From positions 1-51,547 of IMG/VR virus record IMGVR_UViG_3300044799_000342: a DNA stretch of 51,547 bases, one strand, 5' to 3'. This document shows, piece after piece, positions 9,487 to 19,002 of this stretch. Under the pieces are notes generated by a model. The model had not been told where the DNA came from. It ran no database searches and worked only from the letters and a program-made list of their open reading frames with translations. Position numbers and translations under genes: made by a program. The stretch's first letter is position 1. Each line of letters starts with the position of its first letter. The stretch comes from a virus. Its lineage: Duplodnaviria > Caudoviricetes.

Positions 9487-9682
9487 ATTGACCGCCTTTC
9501 TGCAGTTGCTTTTGCCGGTGCAGTTGGTCGCGCCACCGCTTCGGCAGTCGCCGGCGCTCGGCGCGGGGCAGTTTGCCAAAGGTGCAGCCCGCGCACATGA
9601 TCTGATCGCTGCCCAGGCCCTTGGCGCTGAACTCCTCGGGCAGCAGGGCGCCGCATTCGCAACAGGTGAACACCTTGGTCAA
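9467..9682 (-). CDS. Small Zn-finger-like hypothetical protein
   Basis: CCEC...CAGC; TTGA overlap with upstream stop. Confidence 0.45.
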   Translation of the reverse strand: MTKVFTCCECGALLPEEFSAKGLGSDQIMCAGCTFGKLPRAERRRLPKRWRDQLHRQKQLQKGGQYEPHQS

Positions 9683-9939
9683 GGCGGCCACCTCACCCAG
9701 CCGGCCTTGGCCATCTGTTCCTGGTCGAGCGATCCCAGGGTAATGCCAGCCGCCAGGCAAATGGTGAAGACGTGCACGCCGGCGTCCTGCAGGGCCTTGT
9801 GCAGCGCCGCCACGCCGTCGTAGATCTCCCAGGTATCGTCCTGGGTGGTGCGGGCCACCAGCACGTCGCCGTCCTGCAGCCGCAGGCGTTTCAGGGCAAC
9901 CTCAAGGCCCTCGATTTTAACCGTGGCGGTGGGTGCCAT
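9679..9939 (-). CDS. Hypothetical protein
   Basis: Tightly packed ORF starting MAPTATVKIE. Confidence 0.55.
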   Translation of the reverse strand: MAPTATVKIEGLEVALKRLRLQDGDVLVARTTQDDTWEIYDGVAALHKALQDAGVHVFTICLAAGITLGSLDQEQMAKAGWVRWPP

Positions 9940-9943
9940 GGCG

Positions 9944-10219
9944 TTAACGCGACGGATCGGGTGCCCGCTGGCAGTCCTCGCGCGGCCCCGCCGGTGCCTC
10001 GGACACCTGGCCGGTGTTCGCCTGCACTGCGCTGGCTTCCACCACCACCAGTTGCGCCTCATCGAACCATTGTAGATCGACGGGCACCGGCTCCTTTTCC
10101 TTGAGGACACGCGGTTGCACGCCGATTCGGACGCAGCCGTAGAGCCACTCGGTTCGGCCGGTGGCAATTCCGGTGCAGCCAGTGATGGTGTCCCTTACGT
10201 CGTCTCCCAGGTTGATCAC
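9944..10219 (-). CDS. Conserved phage hypothetical protein
   Basis: LGDDVRDTITG.TGI.TGRTEWLYGC..I.VQP...WFDE; GTGA overlap. Confidence 0.65.
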   Translation of the reverse strand: MINLGDDVRDTITGCTGIATGRTEWLYGCVRIGVQPRVLKEKEPVPVDLQWFDEAQLVVVEASAVQANTGQVSEAPAGPREDCQRAPDPSR

Positions 10220-11199
10220 CAGCGTTCCCCTTTCGCTGCGCGCTGCAGCAATGCCTCTATCCTGTCGGCCGACGCGGCCGGCGAGAACGTGGTTTCCACG
10301 TACTGCCGGCAAGCGGCGGGGTCAATGTCTAACCAGCACCGGCGCGCAAGGCCGGCGATGAACTGATCATCGTCTTTCCACAGGAAGCCGGTTCGCCCGT
10401 GCACGATGTATTCGGGGTTGGCCCCGTGGTCGTAGGCGAACACCGGCGTGCCGGCGGCCATGGCCTCAAGCATCACGGTGCCGGATGGTTCCTGCGGCTC
10501 CGAAGTGAACATGAGGCAGCAGGCGTTCGCCAGGTGGCGGGCCTTCTGTTCGCCGGCCAGTTCGCCGACATACTGCACGCTTTCGCGGATCAACGGCTCG
10601 ACCGTCGTGGTGAAATAACCCGCGTCCGATTGCGGCCCCGCGACAACCAGGGGCACGCCGGCGCCGACGCACAGGGCAATGGCCAGCTCGACACGTTTGT
10701 AGGGCACGATCCTGCCCAGGAACAGGGCCGGCCCGCGCTTTGCCATGGGACCACCCAGGGCGTAATCCGCCGGCTGCACGTTGATGAGGGCCACCTGGGG
10801 ATCGGCGACGCCATGCGACTGGCCGTGGTGCCGCGAACAGAAGACGGGGTTGCGTGCGTGCGCAGGCATCTTCACCCAGCCGTGGCTCTGCGTCACCGCC
10901 GGCAGGTTGGGCCACCGCGCCTGGGCCAACTGGTAAAGGCTGTGATCGAATAGTACGTCGGGCTGGCGTTCGCGCTCCATCAGGTCGACCACGGCGGTTT
11001 CGGTGTCGTAGGGCCGGCGGAACGGCGCCACCTGCACCACGCGCACGCCGTCAATGTGCGATCCCTGCAGGGCGAACAGCGTCACCTCATGGCCCCGTGC
11101 GGCTAGCGCCGCGCTGATCTCGGCGACGACCGTTTCCAACCCGCCCGTGCTGGGCGGCGGCGTGGCCAGGAAGGCCGAAGACTGAATCCAGATTTTCAA
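10216..11199 (-). CDS. GT4-family glycosyltransferase
   Basis: PP..GGLE, FLGRIVPYK, EPSGTVMLEAMAAGTPV. Confidence 0.9.
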   Translation of the reverse strand: MKIWIQSSAFLATPPPSTGGLETVVAEISAALAARGHEVTLFALQGSHIDGVRVVQVAPFRRPYDTETAVVDLMERERQPDVLFDHSLYQLAQARWPNLPAVTQSHGWVKMPAHARNPVFCSRHHGQSHGVADPQVALINVQPADYALGGPMAKRGPALFLGRIVPYKRVELAIALCVGAGVPLVVAGPQSDAGYFTTTVEPLIRESVQYVGELAGEQKARHLANACCLMFTSEPQEPSGTVMLEAMAAGTPVFAYDHGANPEYIVHGRTGFLWKDDDQFIAGLARRCWLDIDPAACRQYVETTFSPAASADRIEALLQRAAKGERW

Positions 11200-11516
11200 A
11201 GTTGGATGCCCTTCACCGCCTCGGCCATGCGGCGGGTACGGTAGGCTTTGTCCACCACCCCCGCAACGAATTGCTGGGCTTTAGCTCGCATCAACAACGC
11301 CGTGGTGGCGCTGGCTTCGGACGGCGCCTTTACCCGCGTGGTGGCCCATACCAGGCCGCCCTCGATATTGATCCAGAAATCGTTCCCATGGTTAAGAAAC
11401 CCCTGGTGCTTGAGAGCTTCGCAAAGGGTAGTCTCTTTCTCCGTGAAGTCCAGGACGATTGAAACATCATAGCAATCGTCAAGGCGGCTAATGATAATGT
11501 CCTTTATCACTTCCAC
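11196..11516 (-). CDS. Hypothetical protein
   Basis: 106 aa, overlaps both neighbours. Confidence 0.55.
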   Translation of the reverse strand: MEVIKDIIISRLDDCYDVSIVLDFTEKETTLCEALKHQGFLNHGNDFWINIEGGLVWATTRVKAPSEASATTALLMRAKAQQFVAGVVDKAYRTRRMAEAVKGIQL

Positions 11517-11920
11517 ACCTCCAATTGAATGAAAATCCGGCCGGCTTCACGCCCATCGTTGCCCTGGCGGCCAGGGCTGGCCACCTCAAGGTGGCGGTCG
11601 TCGTCGATCAGGCCCAAGCAATACCGTTTGCCGGTGGCCTTGGTGGCGACCTTCAAGATGTCGATGATCGGTTTCAGGGTGGCGATGCAGTTGTCGGCGT
11701 CAGCGACCTGCCGGCTGAAATAATGGATCGAGGACAGGCGGCCGCCGGTAAAGGGTCTGGCGGCCATGACGGCCGGCGGGATTTGCGCCAGGATTGCCAG
11801 CCCTTGTTCCTTGGCGTATTCCGTGCCGAGGCGCTGTTTGACACCCCAGCAGCCACGCGCGTTGGCGGTCAACTGCCTGGGCGGCGCCGCCACCCAAAAG
11901 CGGACGATTTCCCTCACCAT
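11507..11920 (-). CDS. RusA-like Holliday junction resolvase
   Basis: DADN...K...D...GLIDDD acidic motif. Confidence 0.65.
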   Translation of the reverse strand: MVREIVRFWVAAPPRQLTANARGCWGVKQRLGTEYAKEQGLAILAQIPPAVMAARPFTGGRLSSIHYFSRQVADADNCIATLKPIIDILKVATKATGKRYCLGLIDDDRHLEVASPGRQGNDGREAGRIFIQLEVWK

Positions 11921-12936
11921 CGTACCCCCAGTATATCGCGCAGGAACCCATCCCAGCGGTTGGCGAAGTCGGTCATGTTGGCGTTCTTCTCGGCCCAGGC
12001 CCGTGGCGCCGTGCCCCAGCGACCGGCCTTGACGCGCCCGCAGGCGGCACGGATCGCGCCGGCGTAGTCCTCAGCGGTGGCGGTGATTGGCAGGGTGTAA
12101 CCCAGCGACGACAGGCCCGCCCTGTCGCATTGTACGTCCTCGAATATGCCGGCGTTAGCCGTCACCACCGGCAGGCCCGACGCCAAAGCTTCGAGGCAAC
12201 TGTAGGCGTTGCCCTCGTGGCGCGTGGGCAGCAGGAACAGGTGGGCGCGCCGGAAGGCGTCGGGTTCTTCGCCCTTGCCAGCGCCCAGGTATTCGATGCG
12301 GTAGTCACTGCCCAGTAGGGCGGCGATGCGCGGGATCAACTTGCCGCCCTTCTTCTCATTGCGGCCGGCTGCCTCCACGATAATCCACGGCGGGCCAGGC
12401 GGCAGCGGTGCGGGGCGCGGGCGGTAGGCGGCCAGGTCGATGCCATGGTAGATCACGGCGCTGGCCGCCCGCCCGTGGTGCCGGCGCAACTCGCGCGCGC
12501 TGGCGGCGCTGCAGGCGACAGGGAAGGCGTTGGGCGCGTTGAAGGCCTCGCCCTGGCGCTGCACTTCCAACCCAGGCGTTAGGCCCATGCGGGCGTGGAA
12601 CTCGGCCCAGGTGCCGTGGATCACGGGCACCACCGGCTTGCTGCTGATCCCGATGCCCCAGTAGCCGTCGCTCACGGCCACGTCGTAGTGCACGCCGAAC
12701 TGCGGCCCGTCCATCCAGCGCCCCAGCAGCAGCGCCTTTTCGGGGTTGGGCAGTTCGGGGAAGCGGTCTCGGTGGGGGAAGTCCGACCACCCGATCAGGA
12801 TCACGCCCCAACCCTTGGCGCGCAGGGCCGCCCGCAGGTAGTCGGCGAACTTCTCCACGCCGCCCAACTCGCCGTCGTCACGCTTCAACCAACTGACGTG
12901 GGCCACGGTTAGGCGCTTATTGACTTGGGCCGTCAT
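11914..12936 (-). CDS. GT4-family glycosyltransferase
   Basis: GGVEKF, YHGID, KKG, EGNAYSCLEALASGLPVV. Confidence 0.9.
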   Translation of the reverse strand: MTAQVNKRLTVAHVSWLKRDDGELGGVEKFADYLRAALRAKGWGVILIGWSDFPHRDRFPELPNPEKALLLGRWMDGPQFGVHYDVAVSDGYWGIGISSKPVVPVIHGTWAEFHARMGLTPGLEVQRQGEAFNAPNAFPVACSAASARELRRHHGRAASAVIYHGIDLAAYRPRPAPLPPGPPWIIVEAAGRNEKKGGKLIPRIAALLGSDYRIEYLGAGKGEEPDAFRRAHLFLLPTRHEGNAYSCLEALASGLPVVTANAGIFEDVQCDRAGLSSLGYTLPITATAEDYAGAIRAACGRVKAGRWGTAPRAWAEKNANMTDFANRWDGFLRDILGVRW

Positions 12937-12967
12937 CGATGGTCACTCCAGCCATTATTCGCCCCCT

Positions 12968-13993
12968 TCACCGCGTCGAACTCGCGCGCACGTCCCTAAG
13001 ATGCCTGCGCACGGCTGACCAAATTGTCTCGGCGGTAACGTCGCGCAGGCTGCGCCCCTGGGGGCAGTGGGTGGTCTTCCCAGGCGGGGCATCGGCCTTG
13101 CCGGCGATATGATCGAGGCGCCACATGCAGGGTTCACACAGGCGTTCATTGCGGATCTCCGTACATAGCTCCGGCGGCACCCACACCTGCAGCCCGATCT
13201 TGGTGGCGCAGGTGAGCACCACGGCCGGCTTGCCCAGGGCGAACCGCAGGTTGGACAGGCCGCCCTCGGTGCACACCATGGCCTGGGCGCGGTCAAGGAT
13301 CGCGGCCGTCCAGCGCATGTCCAGTTGGCCGCTCAGGTTGACGGTAGCAGACCAGGGCGCGCCGTGCAGCCGGTGGCCGGCCAGGGTGATAGGCGTAAAG
13401 CCTTCGTCGATCAGGCCCAGGATCAGTTGCGACCAGCCCGCGTCGTTCCACATTTTGCCGGCCCAGCCGCAGCGCGGGGTGATCACGCACCAGCGGTTGG
13501 CGAAACTGTTATGGTGCCTCAACAATTCCAGCGCATCGGCCCGTTCCTGTTCGCGGATGAAGTAGTCGGCGTCAAACCGCGTGCTGCTTGACCATGGCAG
13601 GGCCAGTTGCTCGAAGTAGCGCGCCTGCAGGGGCACGTCCAGCGGCGGGCCGCCCACGCGGGCATAAAGCAGCGCGACGCCTTTGTGGTCGCCGCGCGGT
13701 ATGGGATCGTTGAAGTCGATCAGCTGGTCGATGTTGGGGTTATCCCACAGCATCTCATCGGGGCTGCCGCCACTGCCAGGTTTGTCAGGCTGGTCGTATT
13801 CAAGCCGGCGCCGGCCCCTAACGTACGTGCGGAAGATAATGCGGGAGTCCGGCTCGCGCCGTTTCAATTCCCGTAGGACTGGCGTGCTGCAGAGCACGTC
13901 GCCCAGGCCCCAGGCCAGGCTTAGGACGTAGGTTTGGGCGCCGATTGTTCTTCCACCAGTTCGAACAGGGGCCTCTTGCCGCCCGTGCAGCAT
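12968..13993 (-). CDS. GT9 (heptosyltransferase-like) glycosyltransferase; start uncertain
   Basis: GLGDVLCSTP, NPNIDQL, KMW, NLSGQL, EGGLSNL..ALGKP, C-terminal CEPC...C. Confidence 0.85.
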   Translation of the reverse strand: MLHGRQEAPVRTGGRTIGAQTYVLSLAWGLGDVLCSTPVLRELKRREPDSRIIFRTYVRGRRRLEYDQPDKPGSGGSPDEMLWDNPNIDQLIDFNDPIPRGDHKGVALLYARVGGPPLDVPLQARYFEQLALPWSSSTRFDADYFIREQERADALELLRHHNSFANRWCVITPRCGWAGKMWNDAGWSQLILGLIDEGFTPITLAGHRLHGAPWSATVNLSGQLDMRWTAAILDRAQAMVCTEGGLSNLRFALGKPAVVLTCATKIGLQVWVPPELCTEIRNERLCEPCMWRLDHIAGKADAPPGKTTHCPQGRSLRDVTAETIWSAVRRHLRDVRASSTR

Positions 13994-14145
13994 TCGCCCC
14001 TGAATGTTAACAGCGCCGGCGCATCCTCCGGCGCGATTTCGAACTCGCGATCCTCGCCCTGGCGCAATTGGTAGACACGACCGCTTGGCAATTTGGTGCG
14101 GTCGCCGATCCGCATTGGCCCGCCGAAGCGATACCGGATGCGCAA
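13921..14145 (-). CDS. Small Cys-Cys protein (paralog of 37424-37612)
   Basis: TTG start with GGAGG SD; RYR...Y..R.GE...DA..LL...CC.GG..LF.LV. Confidence 0.6.
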   Translation of the reverse strand: MRIRYRFGGPMRIGDRTKLPSGRVYQLRQGEDREFEIAPEDAPALLTFRGECCTGGKRPLFELVEEQSAPKPTS

Positions 14146-14155
14146 GGCGGCCCTC

Positions 14156-14638
14156 CTATCGACGCAAGCCGCCCTGTGGCTCGAAGCCGCCCTTGCCGGC
14201 GTCGTGGGTGCGCTGCAGCGGCATGCCCACCTTGGGCTTGTCGATGCCTGCAGTTGCCGCAACCGACTCGGGGCCGGCGGCCGCGTCGGTTGTTTCCTCG
14301 TCGTCCACGGGCACCGCTGCCGCCTGGGCACTGCGCAGATCGGCTTCCTCCATGGCCTGGCGGTCGGTGGCCATAAGGGTGTCGCGCTTGCCCACCAGGG
14401 AATAGGGTTGGTACACGATCTGCGCCCGTTGCTGGCTGGGGCCGGTGCCGGCGCGCAGGATCTCCTCACAGAATTCGGTGCGGATTAGTTCCCAGCCTTC
14501 GGCCGCGAGTTGATTCAACCGCGCTAGGCCACGCGCCACGGTGAAAACGCGGTAGCAGGCCAGGGGGTTGGTGGCGGGCAGTCCATCGAGGCTAGGTGGT
14601 AGGAACTCGGGCGCGGGCGTTTTGCCTTCGGATGGCAT
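14156..14638 (-). CDS. Hypothetical protein
   Basis: AAGGAGG SD; LNQLAAEGWELI motif (DUF4177-like). Confidence 0.6.
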   Translation of the reverse strand: MPSEGKTPAPEFLPPSLDGLPATNPLACYRVFTVARGLARLNQLAAEGWELIRTEFCEEILRAGTGPSQQRAQIVYQPYSLVGKRDTLMATDRQAMEEADLRSAQAAAVPVDDEETTDAAAGPESVAATAGIDKPKVGMPLQRTHDAGKGGFEPQGGLRR

Positions 14639-14716
14639 CGTGCCTCCTTTGATTACGTTCGTAGGTCTTGTCAGAAGTTGTACTCCACGGTTAATCCCTC
14701 TGTCAAGGGACGAAGT

Positions 14717-14744
14717 TGGGGTCGGCCATTGCGGGCCGACCCCA
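14717..14744 (-). terminator. Hairpin after major capsid gene
   Basis: 11-bp perfect stem TGGGGTCGGCC/GGCCGACCCCA; weak U-tract. Confidence 0.5.
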
Positions 14745-14784
14745 GGTGCTTTCGCTATTTCGCCGGCGCTGCCAGCGGCCGTTG

Positions 14785-16329
14785 TTACTCCGGTTGCGGG
14801 AGCGGGTGCAGCATGGGCGTGCACGGGTCAACGTAGGTGCACCCGTCGTCGATGATGCCCTCGAACGTGGCCTCGCACAACGCCTGGGCACACATGGCCT
14901 TCACCACCAGGGCAGTCACCGCCCAAATCTCGAAGGCGACAGCGGTACAGCCTGGCGTCAAGTCCTTGGCCGCCAGCGGAATCTGCGTCGCCTTGTAGAT
15001 CAGTTCCTCGCCGTTGTGTGTCAACCGCACGGGGTAGAGGATCGAGCGGAACTTCCCGCCGCCCAGGTCTTGCCGGGGGAACCTGGTGTCGCCGATCAGG
15101 GAAACCGGGCCGATCCCCGTCATGATCTGGTTGGCGAAGTGGATGCCAGGCACCACGTTGGCGTGGTCGGTGTACTGCACGAAGTTGTAGCCGTTGGCCA
15201 TGTAGCCGAGGCACAACGCCTGCAGCGCCGACGGGTGGCCCAGGATCGCCTGCGGGTGGGCACAGCCGGCCGCGATGAACTGGTCGAACTGGCCTGCCGA
15301 GAACGTGCCGGTCATGAACGTCGGGCACGCCCGCGCGCCGTTGGCGGCGGTGATCAACTGGGTGAGGCCATCGAACTCCAACGGGAAGTTGAAGGCGTCG
15401 CCGTTCACCAGCAGGTCGTCCCAGCCGTTGAGCACGTTGATCATGCCCAACTGCATTTCCTTCTCGCGAGCGCTGGCGATGGCCCCGCGCAGCATGGTGG
15501 CGGTGTCCAGTTCACCAGGGAGGCCCTGGTCGTTGAAACCGCCCACCAGCATGTTGACGCCCCAGCCCGCCGCGATGCTGGCCGCCGTGTGGCGAATGTC
15601 CGCCTCGGCCAGCGTTTTCTTCACACCGATGTGCTTCTTGTCGATGTGGGCGTTGGTGGTGCTGTGCGTCTGGTCTTCGGGGCAGGCGCCCTTGGGGAAG
15701 GCGATGCTGTTGCAGCCCGACGCGAAGTCGGATGCGGTCAGTTCCTTCCAGCTGTCGATGAGCAGGCCGGCGGTGTGCTCGGGCAGGGCGTTGTACAGGC
15801 CCACTTCCTCGCACATAACGATCAGTTCGGTGGTGTCGATGGGCGTGCCGAACTCGGTTGCCCAATCGGCCTCCACCGGCGCCGGCGAGGGCCAGATGTT
15901 GGGGTCGGTGTCGCGCAGGGCCAGGAACGCCTTGCCCAGCGCCGTCCTGATCTGCGCGCCGTCGCCCGACGCCATGGCCGTCTTGAACTCGCCGCCCAAC
16001 TGCGCGTCGAGCGCGGCCAACCTGCCCTTCTGCTCGTCGGTTGCCTGGGCGCGATCCACGATGCCCTTGGCCCAGGCCAGCACGGCGTCGGGATCGTTCG
16101 TCACGTTGGCGATATCGCGCGGGATACCGTTGCGGTCGACAGGCGGCGCGTAAACGCGTCCGCCGTCATCGGCGGCCCGCCTTTGCTGTTCCTCCACCCA
16201 CTGGGGGTAGGGAACGGTGCGGTAGGCGCCGCTGGAAATGTAGCGGCTGTCCACGCCCCTGCCGCTGCCGTACATGTCGGGCGCTACCAGCCCAGGCGGC
16301 CGCGCAAAGGGCAAAACTCTGCGTTGCAT
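14785..16329 (-). CDS. Major capsid protein (HK97-fold likely)
   Basis: 514 aa after protease/scaffold; NGD...EFDGL motif. Confidence 0.8.
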   Translation of the reverse strand: MQRRVLPFARPPGLVAPDMYGSGRGVDSRYISSGAYRTVPYPQWVEEQQRRAADDGGRVYAPPVDRNGIPRDIANVTNDPDAVLAWAKGIVDRAQATDEQKGRLAALDAQLGGEFKTAMASGDGAQIRTALGKAFLALRDTDPNIWPSPAPVEADWATEFGTPIDTTELIVMCEEVGLYNALPEHTAGLLIDSWKELTASDFASGCNSIAFPKGACPEDQTHSTTNAHIDKKHIGVKKTLAEADIRHTAASIAAGWGVNMLVGGFNDQGLPGELDTATMLRGAIASAREKEMQLGMINVLNGWDDLLVNGDAFNFPLEFDGLTQLITAANGARACPTFMTGTFSAGQFDQFIAAGCAHPQAILGHPSALQALCLGYMANGYNFVQYTDHANVVPGIHFANQIMTGIGPVSLIGDTRFPRQDLGGGKFRSILYPVRLTHNGEELIYKATQIPLAAKDLTPGCTAVAFEIWAVTALVVKAMCAQALCEATFEGIIDDGCTYVDPCTPMLHPLPQPE

Positions 16330-16344
16330 GGTGATCTCCTTGGT

Positions 16345-18966
16345 TTACTGGTGCGGGTCAAACTGCCCCGCACGGTGGGCGCCACGGAGGGCGAACTCGC
16401 GGATCGTCATGCCGCGTGGCGGCTGCGTCATTTGCGCAGCCCCCTCATCGAGCAGGCTTGGTTGGTGGCCCCGCCTGGGCGACGGCAAGCCGTAGCGCCT
16501 GGGCGGGGGCGGGCCGGCGGGCGGTTCCCCGTCGTCGCCCCGCGTTACCGGTGCCCCCTGCTGGATCAGCTGGCGCAATTCCTCGATCTGGCGCAGCAGC
16601 GGCGCCTGGGCCTCGGCAATCAGCGCGGCCACGTCCTCGGACGGGGGCTGCACCACGCCGGCCAGGGCTGCCGGTAGCAGGTCGAGTAGGTTTTGCGCTT
16701 CGTCAGCTGTCGCATCGTCGCGTTCGGCCAATTCGCCGATGGCGTTAAGGATGCCCCGCACGGTGCCCAGGGCTGTGGTGTCCGGTTCGCCTGGTGGCGG
16801 GTTCACGGCGCCCTCGGCCGCCCCGTCTGGCTTCACGCCGGCACCACCGGCTGCGGGATCATCCGCGCCGTCAGCGGATCGCGCTGCGGCAGCGGTTGCG
16901 AGCACTTGGTTGAGAATCTGGCCGTAGTCGTCCAGCGCCTTCTGCACGTTGGCAAGGCGGTCGGCCAGCGGTAGTTCTTCGGGGGGCGCTTCCACGTTGG
17001 CGGCGATAATGTCCATCAGCGTCCAGCCGGCGTGGTAGGCCGTCTCCATCAGGGCCTCGGCCGTCATTGCGGCCATGAGCGACTGATCGGGCGACACCTC
17101 GCCGTGGAAACGGGTGACGTAGGCGGCGCGGAAGTTCACGCCTGCCTCGACCGCTGTGCGTTTGCCGTCGCCCTCGGCCGGCTTTTGATCGGCCAGGTTT
17201 TCGCGCGCCCAGGCCAGGAAGTCGCCCAGGCTGGTGACGGCCCCTTCCAGTTGGGTGAGCATTTCGCCCTTCACCCGCCGGCCGCTACGGGCGTCAGGTG
17301 CTACGGCCTCAAGGGCCTCGGGATCGCTCACCAGGGTGGCCAGGGCGGCCTTGAAGTCCGGCAGGCCAGTGGCGCGCAGCAAGGCGCTGCCCACGTCGTG
17401 CTGGCCCTCGAACATGGCCACCGCCTCGGCCAGGGTGGGCTTGATGAACGCTTCAGATTCGAGGTCGGTCCGCAGGGCGGCGGCGGCCGCACCCAGGGCA
17501 GCCGGTTCCCACAGTTCCGGCGCCTCCTCCATGGCCCACAACTCCTCGGCCCGCGACCGCAGCGTGGGGGCTTCGCGTTTCCACGGGGCGATGATGTTGT
17601 CGTCCTTGAACTCGGTTGCCATCTTTTCGTAGTACTTGCCGATCTGCGCCTTTACCCCCTCGCGGTCGGCCTCGGGAATGATCACGCCGCCACGGGCACC
17701 CTGCACCACGGCGCCGGCCAGGAATACACCACGCGGGATCGCCGTCAGGGTGCCGTTGATCACATCGCCGAACTTCAACTTGTACGATCCGAAATCCTCG
17801 GCGTTGGCCGCATCGCGCCAGAAGAACGCCTTGCTGTACTTGGGCCAGTCGATCTTGTCCTTGTCGCCGCTGCCATCGCTAGAGGCCCAGGCCCGCACGC
17901 GCGGCAGCACCTCGGCTTCGATATAAGTACGGTCCCGGGGGCCGATAGGCAGGTCGGCGAAGGCCGTCGCAGCGCGGGCGGCCACGAAGTCGGCCGCGTC
18001 TTCCCAGGTGTTCCCCCCATCGGGGCTAACCTCAAGGTCGCCGCCGTCCACGGTGCGGTAGGTGAGGCCGTCCAGTTCTTCGCTGCGCACTTCGCCCAGC
18101 GCGGCGTCGGTGGCGTACAGGCGGTTGGCCAGTTCGTCACCCACGATGCTGGCCGCGTCTTCGCGGCGTAGTTCACGGCGCCCGTTCTTGCTGCGTTTCA
18201 TGGTGTCCTCCTCGTCGCCCAGGCCAAAATCGACACGGCTGTTGCCTGGCCTGGTGGTAAGGGCGATGTGCTCAAGTCCGCCCCGCGTGTAGGCGATGAT
18301 CCCGCAGTCCTCGATTTCAAAGGCTTCGGGATAGAACGCGATGCTGGTGCGGATCGCGCGGTGCGCCGGCAGCAACGCGGCTTCGTCAAGGGCCTTCTGG
18401 AACGCGGCCTCTGCCAGGGTGCGCGTCAGTTCGTCCGCCGCGTCCGTCAACCAGCGCCCTTCGGCCTTCAACTTGCGGCCGTCCACGTATAGGCGGTCAA
18501 CGGTGCCGATCTGGCTGAACTTGCGATAATGGGAGATCCCCAACCACACCGGCAGCGGCCCGTTGGCCGCGATTCCCGCGCCGGCGCGGGCGCACATATC
18601 CTTCTGGAAATCGATGGTCATGCGCGTACCGTACAGGTCAACCCCATCATCGCTGCAGGTTGATTTCCAGCGGGCCACGCCGGCGGCGTCGCGCCAGACT
18701 TTGCTCAGGTGACCATCGCCGGCCAGCACGTGGTCGCGCTTCTGCCACTCGCCGCCGACCTGCTTGTAGAGTTTGTTGACGGCTGCCCAAGCCGTGGCGA
18801 AGGCGTACCCGTCCTGGGTGAGATCCGTCTTGTTGGTATCCCATGAATCCCAGGCACCGTTGAAGGCGGCGGCCCATATCGTCTTGGCATGATCCGGCAG
18901 CGCCTTGACGTTCGCGGGCAGGGTATGGTCGCCTGGGCCGGTGTAGGGGCGTGTCTGTAGCGTCAT
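16345..18966 (-). CDS. ChaB-domain + prohead protease + scaffold fusion
   Basis: N-terminal LP.HAK.IW.AAFN...AFATAWAAV (ChaB); D..GTRM, TSIAF, LEHIALTTRPGN (protease); acidic helical C-terminus. Confidence 0.75.
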   Translation of the reverse strand: MTLQTRPYTGPGDHTLPANVKALPDHAKTIWAAAFNGAWDSWDTNKTDLTQDGYAFATAWAAVNKLYKQVGGEWQKRDHVLAGDGHLSKVWRDAAGVARWKSTCSDDGVDLYGTRMTIDFQKDMCARAGAGIAANGPLPVWLGISHYRKFSQIGTVDRLYVDGRKLKAEGRWLTDAADELTRTLAEAAFQKALDEAALLPAHRAIRTSIAFYPEAFEIEDCGIIAYTRGGLEHIALTTRPGNSRVDFGLGDEEDTMKRSKNGRRELRREDAASIVGDELANRLYATDAALGEVRSEELDGLTYRTVDGGDLEVSPDGGNTWEDAADFVAARAATAFADLPIGPRDRTYIEAEVLPRVRAWASSDGSGDKDKIDWPKYSKAFFWRDAANAEDFGSYKLKFGDVINGTLTAIPRGVFLAGAVVQGARGGVIIPEADREGVKAQIGKYYEKMATEFKDDNIIAPWKREAPTLRSRAEELWAMEEAPELWEPAALGAAAAALRTDLESEAFIKPTLAEAVAMFEGQHDVGSALLRATGLPDFKAALATLVSDPEALEAVAPDARSGRRVKGEMLTQLEGAVTSLGDFLAWARENLADQKPAEGDGKRTAVEAGVNFRAAYVTRFHGEVSPDQSLMAAMTAEALMETAYHAGWTLMDIIAANVEAPPEELPLADRLANVQKALDDYGQILNQVLATAAAARSADGADDPAAGGAGVKPDGAAEGAVNPPPGEPDTTALGTVRGILNAIGELAERDDATADEAQNLLDLLPAALAGVVQPPSEDVAALIAEAQAPLLRQIEELRQLIQQGAPVTRGDDGEPPAGPPPPRRYGLPSPRRGHQPSLLDEGAAQMTQPPRGMTIREFALRGAHRAGQFDPHQ

Positions 18967-18975
18967 ATCACCGTA

Positions 18976-18997
18976 ATGGTCGACGGCACACGAGGGG
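18976..18997 (-). promoter_or_regulatory. Putative late promoter upstream of protease/capsid
   Basis: GTCGACCAT at 18976-18984, 9 nt before the ATG. Confidence 0.65.
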
Positions 18998-19002
18998 GCG
19001 GT

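Noticed and set aside
12939-12946. ATGGTCAC as another late-promoter copy
   Set aside because: One-base deletion relative to the motif and it overlaps the RBS spacer; insufficient support
14716-16677. Long plus-strand ORFs (653 aa here; also 44952-46784 and 47364-48734)
   Set aside because: Antisense shadows of real high-GC minus-strand genes; no recognisable motifs
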